Source of the DNA: Eledone cirrhosa
Lineage: Eukaryota
Length of the DNA stretch: 64,000 bases
Reading direction: 5' to 3'
Assembly (NCBI GenBank): GCA_964016885.1
Contig: OZ024747.1
Location: 55,552,001-55,616,000, forward strand
This document shows, in pieces, positions 25,388-39,714 of this stretch. Made by a program: the position numbers and the translations under genes. The stretch's first letter is position 1; the number at the start of each line of letters is the position of its first letter. A model generated the notes under the pieces. It was not told the origin of the DNA. It saw nothing but the letters and a program-made list of their open reading frames with translations, and did not search any database.

Positions 25388-26128
25388 ACGAGAGAGAGAG
25401 AGAGAGAGTTAGTTCCCCAACAAATTGGCAAACCATATTCGAGGAGATGTGTTACAAGATAAGGATTTACAACCGCTGTATGGCAGCGATGAGAATGGTA
25501 GTATATATGAGCTCACTATATTCGGCGCGGCAGATGTCTGTAGTTTGATGACAAGGGAAAACAACTGAAATTAGACTGTTATAATAGGGCAACTTTTGTT
25601 TGTGTTAACTCAGTTTGGATTAAAATTCTAGCTATCATGTGTCCTTCCAGTTACGCAACAGATATTTTGCAGCATGGGGGCAGTCATTAAAAAATATTGA
25701 CTCTTGTGATAAGGCAAGTACTGTTACATAACCCCGGAAAGTCATTCGCTCTTTCATCTCATATATACTTCCGATCTGAGCACAGACATACATGGGTTGA
25801 AAATCTCTCCGGTGAAACATGTGTCCCTGAATATGGTTTGCTAATTTGTTGAGCGGACTTTAGAAATAGGAGTAATGTGGCGCTACTGAAGCAAAGCTGA
25901 TGAGCTGGAATCATGGTGTACGATCCCAAAGGAAGGAGAATTGAGACCGATTATATATAAATAATTTTAGTAATAAGTTAATTACTTGAATTCTAGTGAA
26001 CATTTATTAGGCTTGAGTGGAAAATTTCTTATACTACTTTGTAGAGAGGAGTACGTATGTGTGACTACTTGTGCATACATAATTGTATGGATGTTTGTAT
26101 GTATATATGTATATATATATATATATAT

Positions 26129-26192
<64 letters not shown>

Positions 26193-26213
26193 ATATGCAT
26201 ATATATATATACG

Positions 26214-26246
<33 letters not shown>

Positions 26247-27018
26247 GCATATATATATATACATATATAATTGTATGTATGTATATATGTGTGTGTATGT
26301 GTGTCTTTGTGTATGTTTGTGTGTATATATATATATGTGTGTGTGTATAAATACCACGGTGCATATGCTTTATGTTGATACTCAGTACATCTTTTCGACA
26401 GTGGATTTCAACCTTTTTTTTTTGTTTTCTAATTACAGATAAAATTTGCTCAGTCTAAAAACAGTAAAGAAAAATGTACATTACAAAAACTAATCAGACT
26501 TTTTCAAGTCGAGAAATAGTTTTTGACTTAGAGAAAGAATTATTGTTAAACTAGGAATGGTCCAAATGGATGATTATATTTTATTTATTTATTTTCTAAA
26601 TTAATATATATACTTCCTTTCTTATTTTACAAATACAATTTGTGATGAGCAGGAAAAGACATTGTTTTTGTTGTAGTTTTTGTTGGAGTTTATGATATTT
26701 GTGCTACTGTTCTTTACTTCAAATATATATATATATACATACATATGTATATATATATATATATAAATACATATATATATATATACGTACATATATATAT
26801 ATATATATGCATACTTATATTCTGTATATACATATATAGTTATTGTAAAAGTTCTATACCAGAGTAGCTAATGTTGCTCGGGATATTCGTGATGGTGATT
26901 ATTATTATTATTATTACTATTATCATTATTGTTATTGTTATTATTGATATTATTGTTATTATTTCATTTATTTTTTTAGGTGGCTTTTCTTTTTGAACCA
27001 TTAATATATACACAACTC

Positions 27019-27069
<51 letters not shown>

Positions 27070-27126
27070 TATATATATACACATGTATATATATATATAT
27101 AAATATATACACATGTATATATATGC

Positions 27127-27254
<128 letters not shown>

Positions 27255-27255
27255 T

Positions 27256-27287
<32 letters not shown>

Positions 27288-27572
27288 ACTATATAACATT
27301 TATTTATATTTTCCGTTTTAATTTTATTTTGTTTCATTTTTTCAAGATAGGGACTTCTTTTTTTTCATTCCAAAGAACTAATTATTCGGTAAATACCGGC
27401 AGCAATAATTTCTGCCGTACTGCTGTAACAATACTCATTGTTATTTATGGTACTGTGTAACTTCCATACTACTTCCTTATATTCTTCCTGCAAATTATTT
27501 ATGTATATATTCTTACACATATGCATATATGTACACTCATACGACAACCATGCAGACAAACACATGCACACA

Positions 27573-27629
<57 letters not shown>

Positions 27630-27756
27630 TATATATATATATATATATGAGAGATAGTTAGATATGTATGTATATATATATATATGTACACACATAAATG
27701 CATACATATATATGCGTGTGAATATGCATATGTATATATGTGTGTGTGTATGTATA

Positions 27757-27816
<60 letters not shown>

Positions 27817-28460
27817 AGATATAGGGTCCAGAAATAGCCGTCGAAACGGCTTGAGCTCTGCCGTCGGGGTCATACTTTTTCCTATATGATAGATAGCTAG
27901 ATATATACGAACATATATAGATGTGTCTGTGTGTCTATGTATATATATATATATAGGTGTGTGTGTATGTGTCATTCTATCTATATATATATGTGTGCGT
28001 GTGTGTGTGTGCGCGCGTGTATGTGTATATGTGTATATTCACCTATATATATGTGTGTACCAGTGTATTTTCTACTCAATTCTATTTTGTAATAATTATT
28101 GATTCCTATAGTCTGCTCTACTCATTTTCGACATTTCCTATTTATGTTTACCTTCAAATATATATATATATACCCCTTCACATATACTTACAGACGGTCA
28201 TATCTATATGTGTGTGTGATGGTATATATATACATATATTTATATATATATATATATATATATACATATATACATAATTATACATATATATATATATATA
28301 CATATATATGCATATACATATATACATATATATATATAAATACATATATATATATATATATACATTTATATATATATATACATAAATACATATATACATT
28401 TATATAAATACATATATACATTTATATAAATACAGATATACATATATACATATATACATA

Positions 28461-28516
<56 letters not shown>

Positions 28517-28645
28517 CATTCACCTATATATATATATGTGTGTTGAAGACATATATTATTTCTTTTAATGGGATTTGAAATTCATTCAGGACTTCAATTA
28601 TAGAAAGGGAAAAAAAAATAGACAAAAACGAAAAAACACTAAAAA

Positions 28646-28791
<146 letters not shown>

Positions 28792-29109
28792 TTGACAAAA
28801 TAACATCACAAAAAGTTTCAATTGTCTGTTTTCTAATAATTATTGCAATTTTTCTGTCTTCATTACTAATATTGTCGTTATTTTTATCATTAAAATTATC
28901 TCATTGTTTTTGTTATTATTATCTTAATTATTGTTTTTATTATTGTCATTGTTGTTGTAGTCTTCGACCTTGTCATGGTCCTCCTCATCATCAGCATCAT
29001 CATCATCATCGTCACCATCATATAGTTTCCCTTACCTATATTACTGGCCTTGTGCCTAAAGTAGAAACCATTATTTTTATTATTACTATTATTTTTATTA
29101 TTATTATTA

Positions 29110-29147
29110 TTAGTAGTAGTAGTAGAAGTAGTAGTAGTAATAGCAGC

Positions 29148-29209
<62 letters not shown>

Positions 29210-29263
29210 CAGTAGTAGTAGTAGTAGTACTAGTTGCAGTAGTAGTATTAGTAGTAGTAGTAA

Positions 29264-29330
<67 letters not shown>
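29110..29330. repeat. (AGT)n microsatellite
   Basis: Long AGT run, the source of the poly-Ser/Thr pseudo-ORFs. Confidence 0.95.
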
Positions 29331-29674
29331 CCTATTTTTAACGTATATTTTTGTGTATTTGATTTTATTGTTGATGTTATTGTCTCTTATAATGCACTGT
29401 TTGTTGTTGTTTTTTGTTGTTGTTGTTAATATTTTTGCTGCAGTGTTTCTATGTATGTTTTTCAAATTTTGTTGGTGCCTTCTTAGTTATATATTGTGTT
29501 TGTATGGGTTTAATACTGCCATTGTTGTTATACTGTTTGCTATTGTTGTTGTTGTTGTGTTTATATTAACTTTCTTTTTGCCTGTTGTTGTTGTTGTTGT
29601 TGTTATTATTGTTATTGTTGGGTTGCCAGTTGTTTAATGGTTAGTTTTTCACATTAATGTATTTTGTTGTTAAT

Positions 29675-29796
29675 CATGTTGTTGTTGATGATGATGATGA
29701 TGATGATGATGGTTATGATGTTAGTGGTGATGATGATGGTTGTGATGGTGACGGTGATGATGATTGAGGATGGTGGTGATAATGATGGTGATGATA

Positions 29797-29827
<31 letters not shown>

Positions 29828-30055
29828 CGATGATGATGATGATGGTGATGATAATTGTAACGGTGGTGGTGGTAATGGTAAAATGATGATGATAATGAGA
29901 GTGGTGGTGATGAAGATGATTATGTTGATGATGATGGTGGTGGTGGATGTGGTGGTAACGATGTTGCTGGTGGTACTGGGGATGTGGAGGTGGTGGTACA
30001 GTGGTAGATGAGATGGTGATAGTAGTGATGTTGGTGGATGTGGTGGTAGTGGTGT
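29675..30055. repeat. (GAT/GGT)n low-complexity block
   Basis: Interleaved GAT and GGT triplets. Confidence 0.9.
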
Positions 30056-30120
30056 GTTTTTCATTATTTCCTGTATATTTAGAAGAATCATACAACAAGA
30101 CAGAAGGACAATAAGAAACA

Positions 30121-30151
<31 letters not shown>

Positions 30152-30401
30152 ATGAATAAATAAATAAATAAAAAGAAATTTTATAAAAACTATAAACTAA
30201 ATTCTATTATATTCTCAGTCACAATATTTGTTCTGAATTATGATCTTCCATATTTGATTAAGGTCACCTTTTACTCAAATAACCACTCCATCCCCTAACT
30301 TTCAGGTGGTGAATTGACAAAGTTATTAGAGTATTAGTTAGAATATGTTATGGCTCCCTCTGAACCAAGTTCAAATCTCAACATAGTGGATTTAGTTGTT
30401 T

Positions 30402-30690
30402 TTCTTCTTCTTCTTCTTCTTCTTCTTCTTCTTCTTCTTCTTCTTCTTCTTCTTCTTCTTCTTCTTCTTCTTCTTCTTCTTCTTCTTCTTGGGAGGGTTG
30501 TGAGGATAGAGTCCTCAAACAAGTGGGTCTTGTCAGAAGCAACCATCTCCAGCTGGACCTTCAAATAAGAACACCCATGTTCATGGATGTTATCCAATCA
30601 CCTTGCATGGGGTCTATCCCTGAAACACCTGCCAGTTGGTTTTGCTCGTAAAATCTGTCCAGTAATTCTTTCCTGAGATATTCTAATCGT
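30402..30690 (-). mobile_element. RTE-clade LINE 3' end with (AAG)n tail
   Basis: TGTCAGAAGCAACCAT...CATGGATGTTATCCAA...AAAATCTGTCCAG is shared with 845-1085. TTC run at 30402-30490. Confidence 0.75.
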
Positions 30691-31907
30691 TGTTAATAGC
30701 AATAAAATAAACTGTTATTCCATAGCGGTGGATTGGTGTAATTGGTAGAGTGTTTCATAAGACACCTTGTGGCATTGGTTCCAGAACTTTACAATCTGAG
30801 TTCCAATGCTAAAACGTTTGATGGAATATTTTTGTTATATGTTTCAGTTCTCTGCGTGCTGGCTTCTATCTTGCAGAGGAGAACACAACACTTGACATAA
30901 AAGGACGCACTCACATGCAAACACACACAACCTAACAACAATTTACACAAGAAAATTTAGTCCATGAAATATTACATCGGCAATTGACAGCATCCTCCTG
31001 CTTTTCGTGAATACTAAAGCAAACATCAAACAATGCTCGATATCACTTTATAAATTTCAAATTTCAATCTAATTTCAAAAAGAAGAGACCAGATCATTTT
31101 TCTCTGAGAATTCCTTATACCCTGTGGAAGGGAATGTTAGGTCATGAAATATTGTGACAAAAGAAATAACAACAAAAAAGAAAGATTACCAGGTAACTAA
31201 CTTTTTCGATGCCTCCATCTTACCATCCATTTTACATTGTTTAGACTTTTAATATATAATGCTTTCCACATTATTTGTATTTTGTCTTTCCATGGTTGAT
31301 AAGCAATGTAGCAGTTCATGGCGGGGGTTTGCAGAAATGTTGTAGCATTATCTGCTCTGATGACACTTGTTTGGCATAAGATCATATATCAGATACACAT
31401 AGATTGATTATTCTGTCTACATTTCAGACAAATTTGGATATAGGTAGATTTATCATAGCCATGTTAAGTCAAGTACATGTGGATTTATCATAGCACTGTT
31501 AAGTCAAGTACATGTGGAAATTGTTCATAATGTATATTAAACCCCAGTTCAGCTGCCATTATAGGTGTCTAACTGCACTCTGCCTTTGTGCTGAGAGCCC
31601 CAGCAGATCAATAAGATAGTCTAATTTCTTTTTGAATAATAACTCTAAACAGTTGGACAACATCAAACTGGAAAATTGCAGATATCATCCAGCAATTGGA
31701 TGTCACATGCCCATAACATTTTCTAATAATGGCAAAATTTTCACACCTTTGTTTTGATAACTCCATAAGGATATAAATCAAATTTGATCCCTGTAAGATT
31801 TGAAACCTGAATGTAAAGAACTTTAGCTAATTACTTTGAGGAATTTCATCCGATGTTCTAATGATTCAGCCAAATTTTAGTCACTTACTATAAATAAATA
31901 ATTAAAT

Positions 31908-32127
31908 AATAATTTCTTACATAAACACAAGACCAGAAATGTTTATGGGTAAGACAATGAATAATATCAACGCAAGTACTTGACAGAAATATTATTTAAT
32001 CAACCATGTAAGGATTAAAGACAGAGTTCACGTCAGCGGTATTTGAACAAAGGAAGCCAAAGAGCCGTAAATAAGTAGCACAAGGCATTTTATCCGAAAC
32101 ACGAACAATTCTGCCAATCCACTGCCC
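31908..32127 (-). mobile_element. old SINE family A copy
   Basis: Degenerate tail and core, GGTATTTGAAC box B, head TCTGCCAATCCACTGCC. Confidence 0.6.
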
Positions 32128-32529
32128 TTTATCATTCATAAAGAAAATTTTAAAAGATATTTTGGGAATTTTCATGACCTAATTCTCATAAACCTTCGAA
32201 ATATTCTATTTACTTACATTACAGAGAAAATCACAGTTAACTAAAAAACATCATTTGAATATAGAAAAAAATAAGCAAGGAAATATTGAAAGTGAAAAGT
32301 ACAATGGAAATGTTTGAGTTGTAAAGACATGTTGTAAATATGTTTCATACAAATTCACTTTATTTGGTATAATTGAGATCGGAAATAACTGTAAAGGTGG
32401 TAACCATCATGACTCTTTGATGTGGAAGTGGCAAAACACCGCTTGAAAATATGTACATACATAAATTAACACACAGAAATACACATATATACAAAGCACA
32501 CATAGTCTCACACACTCACACACCAACAC

Positions 32530-32577
<48 letters not shown>

Positions 32578-32844
32578 TATTATTATTTTATATTCGATTC
32601 AGCTTCATAAGAATATGTTTTTATTCAACCTACATATCTGAAAGATATTTAAATAAAATATGATTTAAATAGTATATAATAAATGTGTTAGTAACAACAC
32701 AAACATCATCATCATCAAGAAAAACACCAAAGCCAACGACAGCATCAACAACAACAACAACAAACACTGTAAACAACACATAAATGAAAAAGACTAAAAT
32801 CATGAATATATTATTTATCTGACATGACTATTAAAACAATAAAT

Positions 32845-33405
32845 AATGATGATGATGGTGGTGATGATGATGGTGGTGGCGATGGTGGTGGTGGTGGTGG
32901 TGGTGATGATGATGGTGGTGGTTATGGTGATGATGGTGGTGATGGTGGTGATGGTGGGTTTGATGATGATTGTGGTGATGATGATGGTGGTGGCGATGGT
33001 GGTGGTGGTGGTGGTGGTGGTGATGATGATGATGGTGGTGGTTATGGTGATGATGGTGGTGATGGTGGTGATGGTGGGGGGTGATGATGATTGTGGTGAT
33101 GATGATGGTTGTGGTGGTGGTGGTGATGGTGATGGTGATGATGATGAGTGTGGCGGTAGTGATGGTTATGGTGATGATTATGGTGTTGGTGGTGTTTGTG
33201 ATGGTGGTGATGGTGGTGGTGGTGGTGGTGGTGGTGATGGGGACTGCATTAAAGAATATTGTGTTGATGAATATGGGGATAATGACAATGATAATGATAA
33301 TGAAGATAATGATGATGATGAAGATGATAGTGATGATGATTATAAAGGTGATGATGGTGATGTTAAGGGTTATGATGATGATGTTAGGGATGGTGAGGGT
33401 GGATG
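32845..33405. repeat. GGT/GAT low-complexity block with ~115-bp internal tandem duplication
   Basis: GATGGTGGTGGCGATGG...GGTTATGGTGATGATGG...GGTGGG occurs twice (about 32860-32958 and 32974-33080). Confidence 0.85.
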
Positions 33406-33725
33406 TTTCTAATTGTTGAAAGGTGGGAATATTAAGCACTGGTAATCTATCTTGGGAATCGAAGTTCAGTTATAAAATTAGACATTTCTCACTATTGGTC
33501 CCATTGGTACGACCGCAGAAACATGTTAAATTTGATAAACGAAATTTTTTAAGAAAAAATAAATGAGATAAAATGAAATAAAATGAAAGTGTAAAATTTG
33601 AAAAGGAAACAATATTAAAAATGGTGATGAAAAAATATTGTTGAAAAATCAATTATCTTCACTGCAAAAATAACATATCAGAAACATCATCAACGAAGAA
33701 TAATAACAACAGCAATAATAATAAC

Positions 33726-33911
33726 AATTGTTTCTACTATTGGCACAAGGCCAGCAATTACTCAGTACATTACTGGTACTTTATTTTATCGAGTCCGTAA
33801 GGATGAAAAGCAAAGTTAAACTCGCCGGGATTTGAACTCAGAATGGCAAGGGCCGTAACTCTATGCGTCAAAGTATGGTGTCTGACCCTCTACCGATACT
33901 ACCAATTCACC
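33726..33911 (-). mobile_element. SINE family A
   Basis: Full-length match, inserted beside an AAT-rich stretch. Confidence 0.9.
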
Positions 33912-34067
33912 TAATAATAATGATGATACTAATATTAATAATAAAGAAAATGATAAAAAGTAAGTTTTCTATATTATGTAATAGATGATGATTGTCATTA
34001 TCATCCTCAACATTATTATGACCACGATAATGATAAAACTAAACAGTAGATAGGTTTTATTGTTTAA

Positions 34068-34256
34068 CCCTTTATAATTTAAACTGTCTGTATCCGGCCA
34101 GAATCCTCTCACTTCTGTAACTGGCCACTCATACTGCTGTTAAGGTATTGTTCTCAAACTAAATAATATCAAAATTTCATAGATTTGATATTATGTGAAG
34201 TAAAGCGTTTACCGTGAAAGTAATAGTACATATAGAGTAATGTAAATGCTAAAGGG
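34068..34256. mobile_element. piggyBac-like MITE (189 bp)
   Basis: TTAA on both sides (34064-34067 and 34257-34260). Imperfect 14-bp TIRs CCCTTTATAATTTA / TAAATGCTAAAGGG. Confidence 0.7.
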
Positions 34257-35014
34257 TTAATATCATGTTTTTCTAAAAAATGTTTCACATATGTGATGTC
34301 ATGCTTGATCCCACTGCACAGTCCTTTAGGCAATTGCCTTCTGTCATAACCTCTGGTAAACAACTTTCTTAGGAGTAAAATTCAGTAAATGGAAATTATG
34401 TAGAAACATGCTCTGCATCTGTTCTTCTTAAGTGGCTGAGATAATTGACCAACCAGTTTCTCATCTTCAACAGACTGAGAGTAGATAGTGACTCTCTTTA
34501 CAGCTCTATCGTAGCATCCACTACAGTAAAGCTCTCACATCTAAGTCAGAAACACTGCTATTTTTTTATGTTTATTCAGGAGGAGAACATGCTTTTGGGA
34601 GGCAGACAAGATTGATAGAAGAGTAAAAAAGAATATACCTTTAAATTGTGAAAACAGCATGCATGCTTGTAACAGAATGTCTCTGCTAAAGTCCCACAAA
34701 GACCAGGCAATGTTGCTAAGCCTTTTAAATTAAACATATCAATAAAACAAAATCACTAAAGTCTTGAATAAGTATATACAGGGGTCGAGATTGAGATGAA
34801 TGACTAAATCCTATGAAGGCAGTGTACTAACTTGGCCACATTCTCTGACTGTAACCATTAAAATTACGCAGTCATGAGATTCTAATGAACCTCTTAAGAC
34901 AAAGGCGAAAGACTGAAGTGACAGAACACTAATTTGAACTTAATAAAACTACACACACACTCACATACACATTTATATCTATATACACAGTATGCATATA
35001 TAGATATAAATGTA

Positions 35015-35910
35015 CGAGGTGGTCAGAAAAGTTCCAGGACTGATGTCACAAAAGATTTATTTCAAACCCAAACTTCACACTAAGAGTTTTCTCCTTCAAA
35101 GTAATCTCCCTGGAGTCTAATGCACTTGTCCATCCTTTTCTGTCACGCTTGCATGCACTCCTGGAAGGATTCTTCCGGGATCCTCCGCAGTTCTGTCGTC
35201 ACGACCTTTTTGATGTCGTCCACGTCTTCAAAACGGGTCCCCTCCGGGTCGTACTCAAAGATCCATGACTCATCACTGGTGATGACTGTCCCTAGCAAGT
35301 CTGGTTCGGTTTCAAGACGCTCGAGGATGTCCTGGCCCACTTGCATGCGTCGACCTTTCTGGTCATCGTTCAGTAGTTTTGGCACCATCTACGCGCAGAC
35401 TTTCCGCATGTCCAAATCTTCAGTGAGAATCTTCCACACGCTGTCCCGATTCATGCTCAGCTCATTTGCCATCAGTCAAACAGTCAGCCAACAATCGCTA
35501 CGTACCATCTGCCTGACGCGCTCAGCGTTGACCTCAGTCTTGGTTGATGAGGGCCTTCCATTCCTGGGGTCATCTTCCACGTCCTTGCATCCTTCTTTAA
35601 ACCTCTTACACCACTCAAAAACACGTGAGCGTGACATCGTCTCATCTCCATACACTTGCTGCAGCAATCCCAGTGCTTCTGACAGAGTTTTCCCCAGCCG
35701 CTCGTTGCTCTGTGATCATTGCTTGACGACCTGAAACAGAGGACATGTATATAAAATTATGAAGAAAAAAGTTTGATCGCTGCAGAGAGCTAAGAATGCA
35801 GTTACATACTCCAGGGTGATTACTTTGAAGGAGAAAACTCTTCGTGTGAAGTTTGGGTTTGAAATAAATATTTTATGACATCAGTCCTGGAACTTTTCTG
35901 AAACACCTCG
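35015..35910 (-). mobile_element. mariner DNA transposon, internally deleted, ~100-bp TIRs, TA TSD
   Basis: The minus strand encodes LQQVYGDETMSRSRVFEWCKRFKEG..DDPRNGRP, MVPKLL and VITSDESWIFEYDPE, fused to GTRFEDVDDIK...KCIRLQGDYFE. TA at 35013-35014 and 35911-35912. Confidence 0.92.
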
Positions 35911-35938
35911 TATATATATATCATTATCGTCATCGTCG

Positions 35939-35974
<36 letters not shown>

Positions 35975-35979
35975 CCACC

Positions 35980-36013
<34 letters not shown>

Positions 36014-36124
36014 TAATCATAATCCTCATCCTCATCATCATCATCATCATCATCATCATCGTTTAACGTCCATCTTGTTGTACGGTTTGGGTTAGGGTAA
36101 TATATATATATATATATATATATA

Positions 36125-36315
36125 ATAAAGTGTCGAGCCCCGACGACTGGGGACTAGCCTTTTCAACGGCTAGTTCCTGTCTGAAACCAGCTGTTGAAAC
36201 GGCTCAGCCATCAGGTTCTCGGTCTTTATAGTCTAACCATACTCAACTACTCTAAGTATCGAGTACTCTGTTCAATAATGGTTTAACCAGTTTCAAACTG
36301 AATCCGCCTTGATTT
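36125..36315 (+). mobile_element. short GC-richer insert in (TA)n with degenerate hammerhead (family H3)
   Basis: CCGACGA..hairpin GGACTAGCC/GGCTAGTTCC..GAAA CGGC TCA GCCA TC AGG. A related 3' half lies at 27835-27869. Confidence 0.45.
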
Positions 36316-36466
36316 ATATATATATATAATATATATATATAAATATAGACATATCTCTACACACACACACTGTACACGTATGGACTATATGTGTATGAGC
36401 AGAAGAGAGAAAAATATTTTTAAACGTTTCTATTTGAAGTCAATCAAAGAGTATATATGTAATAAT

Positions 36467-36653
36467 TGTTTCTACTTTTGGCACAAGGCCAGCAATTAAC
36501 CAGTACATTACTGGTACTTTATTTTATCGACCCCGTAAGAAAGAAAGGCGAAGTTAACCTCGGCAGGATTTGAACTCAGAATGGCATGGGCTGTAACTCT
36601 ATGCGTCAAAGCATGGCGTCCGACTCTCTACCGATACTGCCAATCCACCGCCC
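36467..36653 (-). mobile_element. SINE family A with 16-bp TSD
   Basis: TSD GTATATATGTAATAAT at 36451-36466 and 36655-36670. Confidence 0.92.
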
Positions 36654-36925
36654 TGTATATATGTAATAATAGCTTACGGTTGGAGGTGAGGGTGTGATTT
36701 AATCTATTGTAACACTTTTTTTTTTAATGGCTTTGTGCCAGATCAAAACATATCCCCAGCAGTATCACCACCCTCAACATCCTCTTCCTTCCACCTACTC
36801 CTCATCATCATCATCATCACAAGCAATTTCAGTATCATTTTAGTTATGATAATAATAAAAATAAATTTATTTATAATAATAGCATTTTTTTTATTAGTAG
36901 TAGTATTAGTTATACATACATATGC

Positions 36926-36957
<32 letters not shown>

Positions 36958-36970
36958 ATATATATATATA

Positions 36971-37017
<47 letters not shown>

Positions 37018-37838
37018 ATATATATGTATATACATACATATATACATACATAGAAACATGCATACATATGTACACGCATGCATATATACATACATACATA
37101 CATATACATACTTACATGTATATATATACATATATATATATATACATACATATATACATACATAGAAACATGCATACATATGTACATGCATGCATATATA
37201 CATACATACATACATACATATACATACTTACATGTAAATATATACATATATATATATATATATATACATGCATACATACACACATAGACTCACACATACA
37301 CTCTCACACACATACATACATACATACATACATACATACATACATACATACATACATACAGACATACATACATACATACATACATACATACATACATACA
37401 TACATACATACATACATACATACATACATAGATACATACATACATACACCAGACACATACACACAATTATGTTTTTTGAAAAAGTGATGTTTTGCCAGAT
37501 ATTTCCATTTATTATTAACATATCTTCACACTATCATAGAAATTGTTTTTTGGCATCATCATTTCTTCACGTTCATGATTTCAGAAATTTTGTTTGGTGA
37601 AATTTCATTCATACATTCTTTATGTTTAAATAATGGATCACACTCACAAATTATATATAAAAACTAAACATAGAAATAAATATAAAATATATATTAAAAT
37701 AAATAAACTAAATGTATATGGAGGGAAATACAATATATAAACCCTGTTTTAAGAAAAGTTTAGATAAAAATCAAAATATAAATATAATATTGTACGTTGA
37801 GAGTGCGCGTGTGCATTCATCTATGTATACACACACAT

Positions 37839-37900
<62 letters not shown>

Positions 37901-38271
37901 ATACATACATGTATGTAAATATATATATGCATATGTAAATATATATATACATATATACATATATATGTATATATTTATGTATATACATATATGTAAATAT
38001 ATATATATACATATATATGTATATATATATATTTACATATGTATATACGTATCTATGTATATATATATATATATGTATATATATGTAAATATATACACAT
38101 ATATATATATGTATATATATATTTAGATATGTATATATGTACATATGTATATATATATATATGTAAATATATATACATATGTATGTATATATATATATTT
38201 ACATATGTATATATGCAAGCAGGGAAAAGCAGGCGAAAATGATGATGATGATGATATATATATATATATAT

Positions 38272-38312
<41 letters not shown>

Positions 38313-38454
38313 TGACGCATGTGTATGAGCATATGTTTATGTATGCGAGCATGGGTGTGTATATATGTGTCTGCATTAATAATGGATTTGGGTACACACG
38401 GGACTATTAACAACATTTCTACAATGATGCTCTTTCTGACAACAGCAGTGTTGA

Positions 38455-39400
38455 TGTTGTTGTTAAAGTCGCAGTTGGTGTTGTTGTAGTTATGGTTGGT
38501 GTTGTTGTTATGGTTGGTGTTGTTGTAGTTATGGTTGATGTTGTTGTTAAGTCGCAGTTGGTGTTGTTGTAGTTATGGTTGGTGTTGTTGTTAAGTCGCA
38601 TTTGGTGTTGTTGTAGTTATGGTTGATGTTGTTGTTAAGTCGCAGTTGGTGTTGTTGTAGTTATGGTTGGTGTTGTTGTTAAGTCGCATTTGGTGTTGTT
38701 GTAGTTATGGTTGGTGTTGTTGTTAAGTCGCAGTTGGTGTTGTTGTAGTTATGGTTGGTGTTGTTGTTAAGTCGCAGTTGGTGTTGTTGTAGTTATGGTT
38801 GGTGTTGTTGTTAAGTCGCAGTTGGTGTTGTTGTAGTTATGGTTGGTGTTGTTGTTAAGTCGCAGTTGGTGTTGTTGTAGTTATGGTTGGTGTTGTTGTT
38901 ATGGTTGGTGTTGTTGTAGTTATGGTTGATGTTGTTGTTAAGTCGCAGTTGGTGTTGTTGTAGTTATGGTTGGTGTTGTTGTTAAGTCGCAGTTGGTGTT
39001 GTTGTAGTTATGGTTGGTGTTGTTGTTAAGTCGCAGTTGGTGTTGTTGTAGTTATGGTTGGTGTTGTTGTTAAGTCGCAGTTGGTGTTGTTGTAGTTATG
39101 GTTGGTGTTGTTGTTATGGTTGGTGTTGTTGTAGTTATGGTTGATGTTGTTGTTAAGTCGCAGTTGGTGTTGTTGTAGTTATAGTTGGTGTTGTTGTTAA
39201 GTCGCAGTTGGTGTTGTTGTAGTTATGGTTGGTGTTGTTGTTATGGTTGGTGTTGTTGTAGTTATGGTTGATGTTGTTGTTAAGTCGCAGTTGGTGTTGT
39301 TGTAGTTATGGTTGGTGTTGTTGTTAAGTCGCATTTGGTGTTGTTGTAGTTATGGTTGATGTTGTTGTAGTTATGGTTGGTGTTGTTGTTGTAGTTATAG
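38455..39400. repeat. 44-bp minisatellite array (AAGTCGCAGTTGGTGTTGTTGTAGTTATGGTTGGTGTTGTTGTT)
   Basis: Roughly 17-20 near-identical units, with recurring variant units. Confidence 0.95.
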
Positions 39401-39714
39401 TTGTTGTTGTTGTTGTATTTATAGTTTTGGTGGTGGTTGGAGCTTCAGGTGATGCAGGTGGAAGTGGTGGTGGTATTGGTGTTGGTGGTGAGGATTGTGG
39501 TGATGGTGCTTGCTGTAATGGTGATTTCGGGTGTGATGATGGTGACACTAGTGTTGCTGTTTTGTTTGGTAGTTGGGGTGTTGGAGGTATTGGGTGAAGT
39601 GGTGGTGGTATTGGTAGTGGTGCCGTGGCTACTGGTAGTGTATGTTTGTGATTGTGTTGGTAGTTGTCATGTTGGTAGTCCTGGTGATTGTTTTGATGTC
39701 ATCACATTATTTAC

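Noticed and set aside
31447-31517. ~37-bp tandem duplication
   Set aside because: An ordinary local slippage duplication.
32824-33439. Gly/Asp-rich ORF resembling a structural protein
   Set aside because: GGT/GAT low complexity, open in most frames, with a frameshift in the middle.
38455-39400. CRISPR array or mucin exon
   Set aside because: No unique spacers or cas genes, eukaryotic context, and a 44-bp unit that shifts frame.
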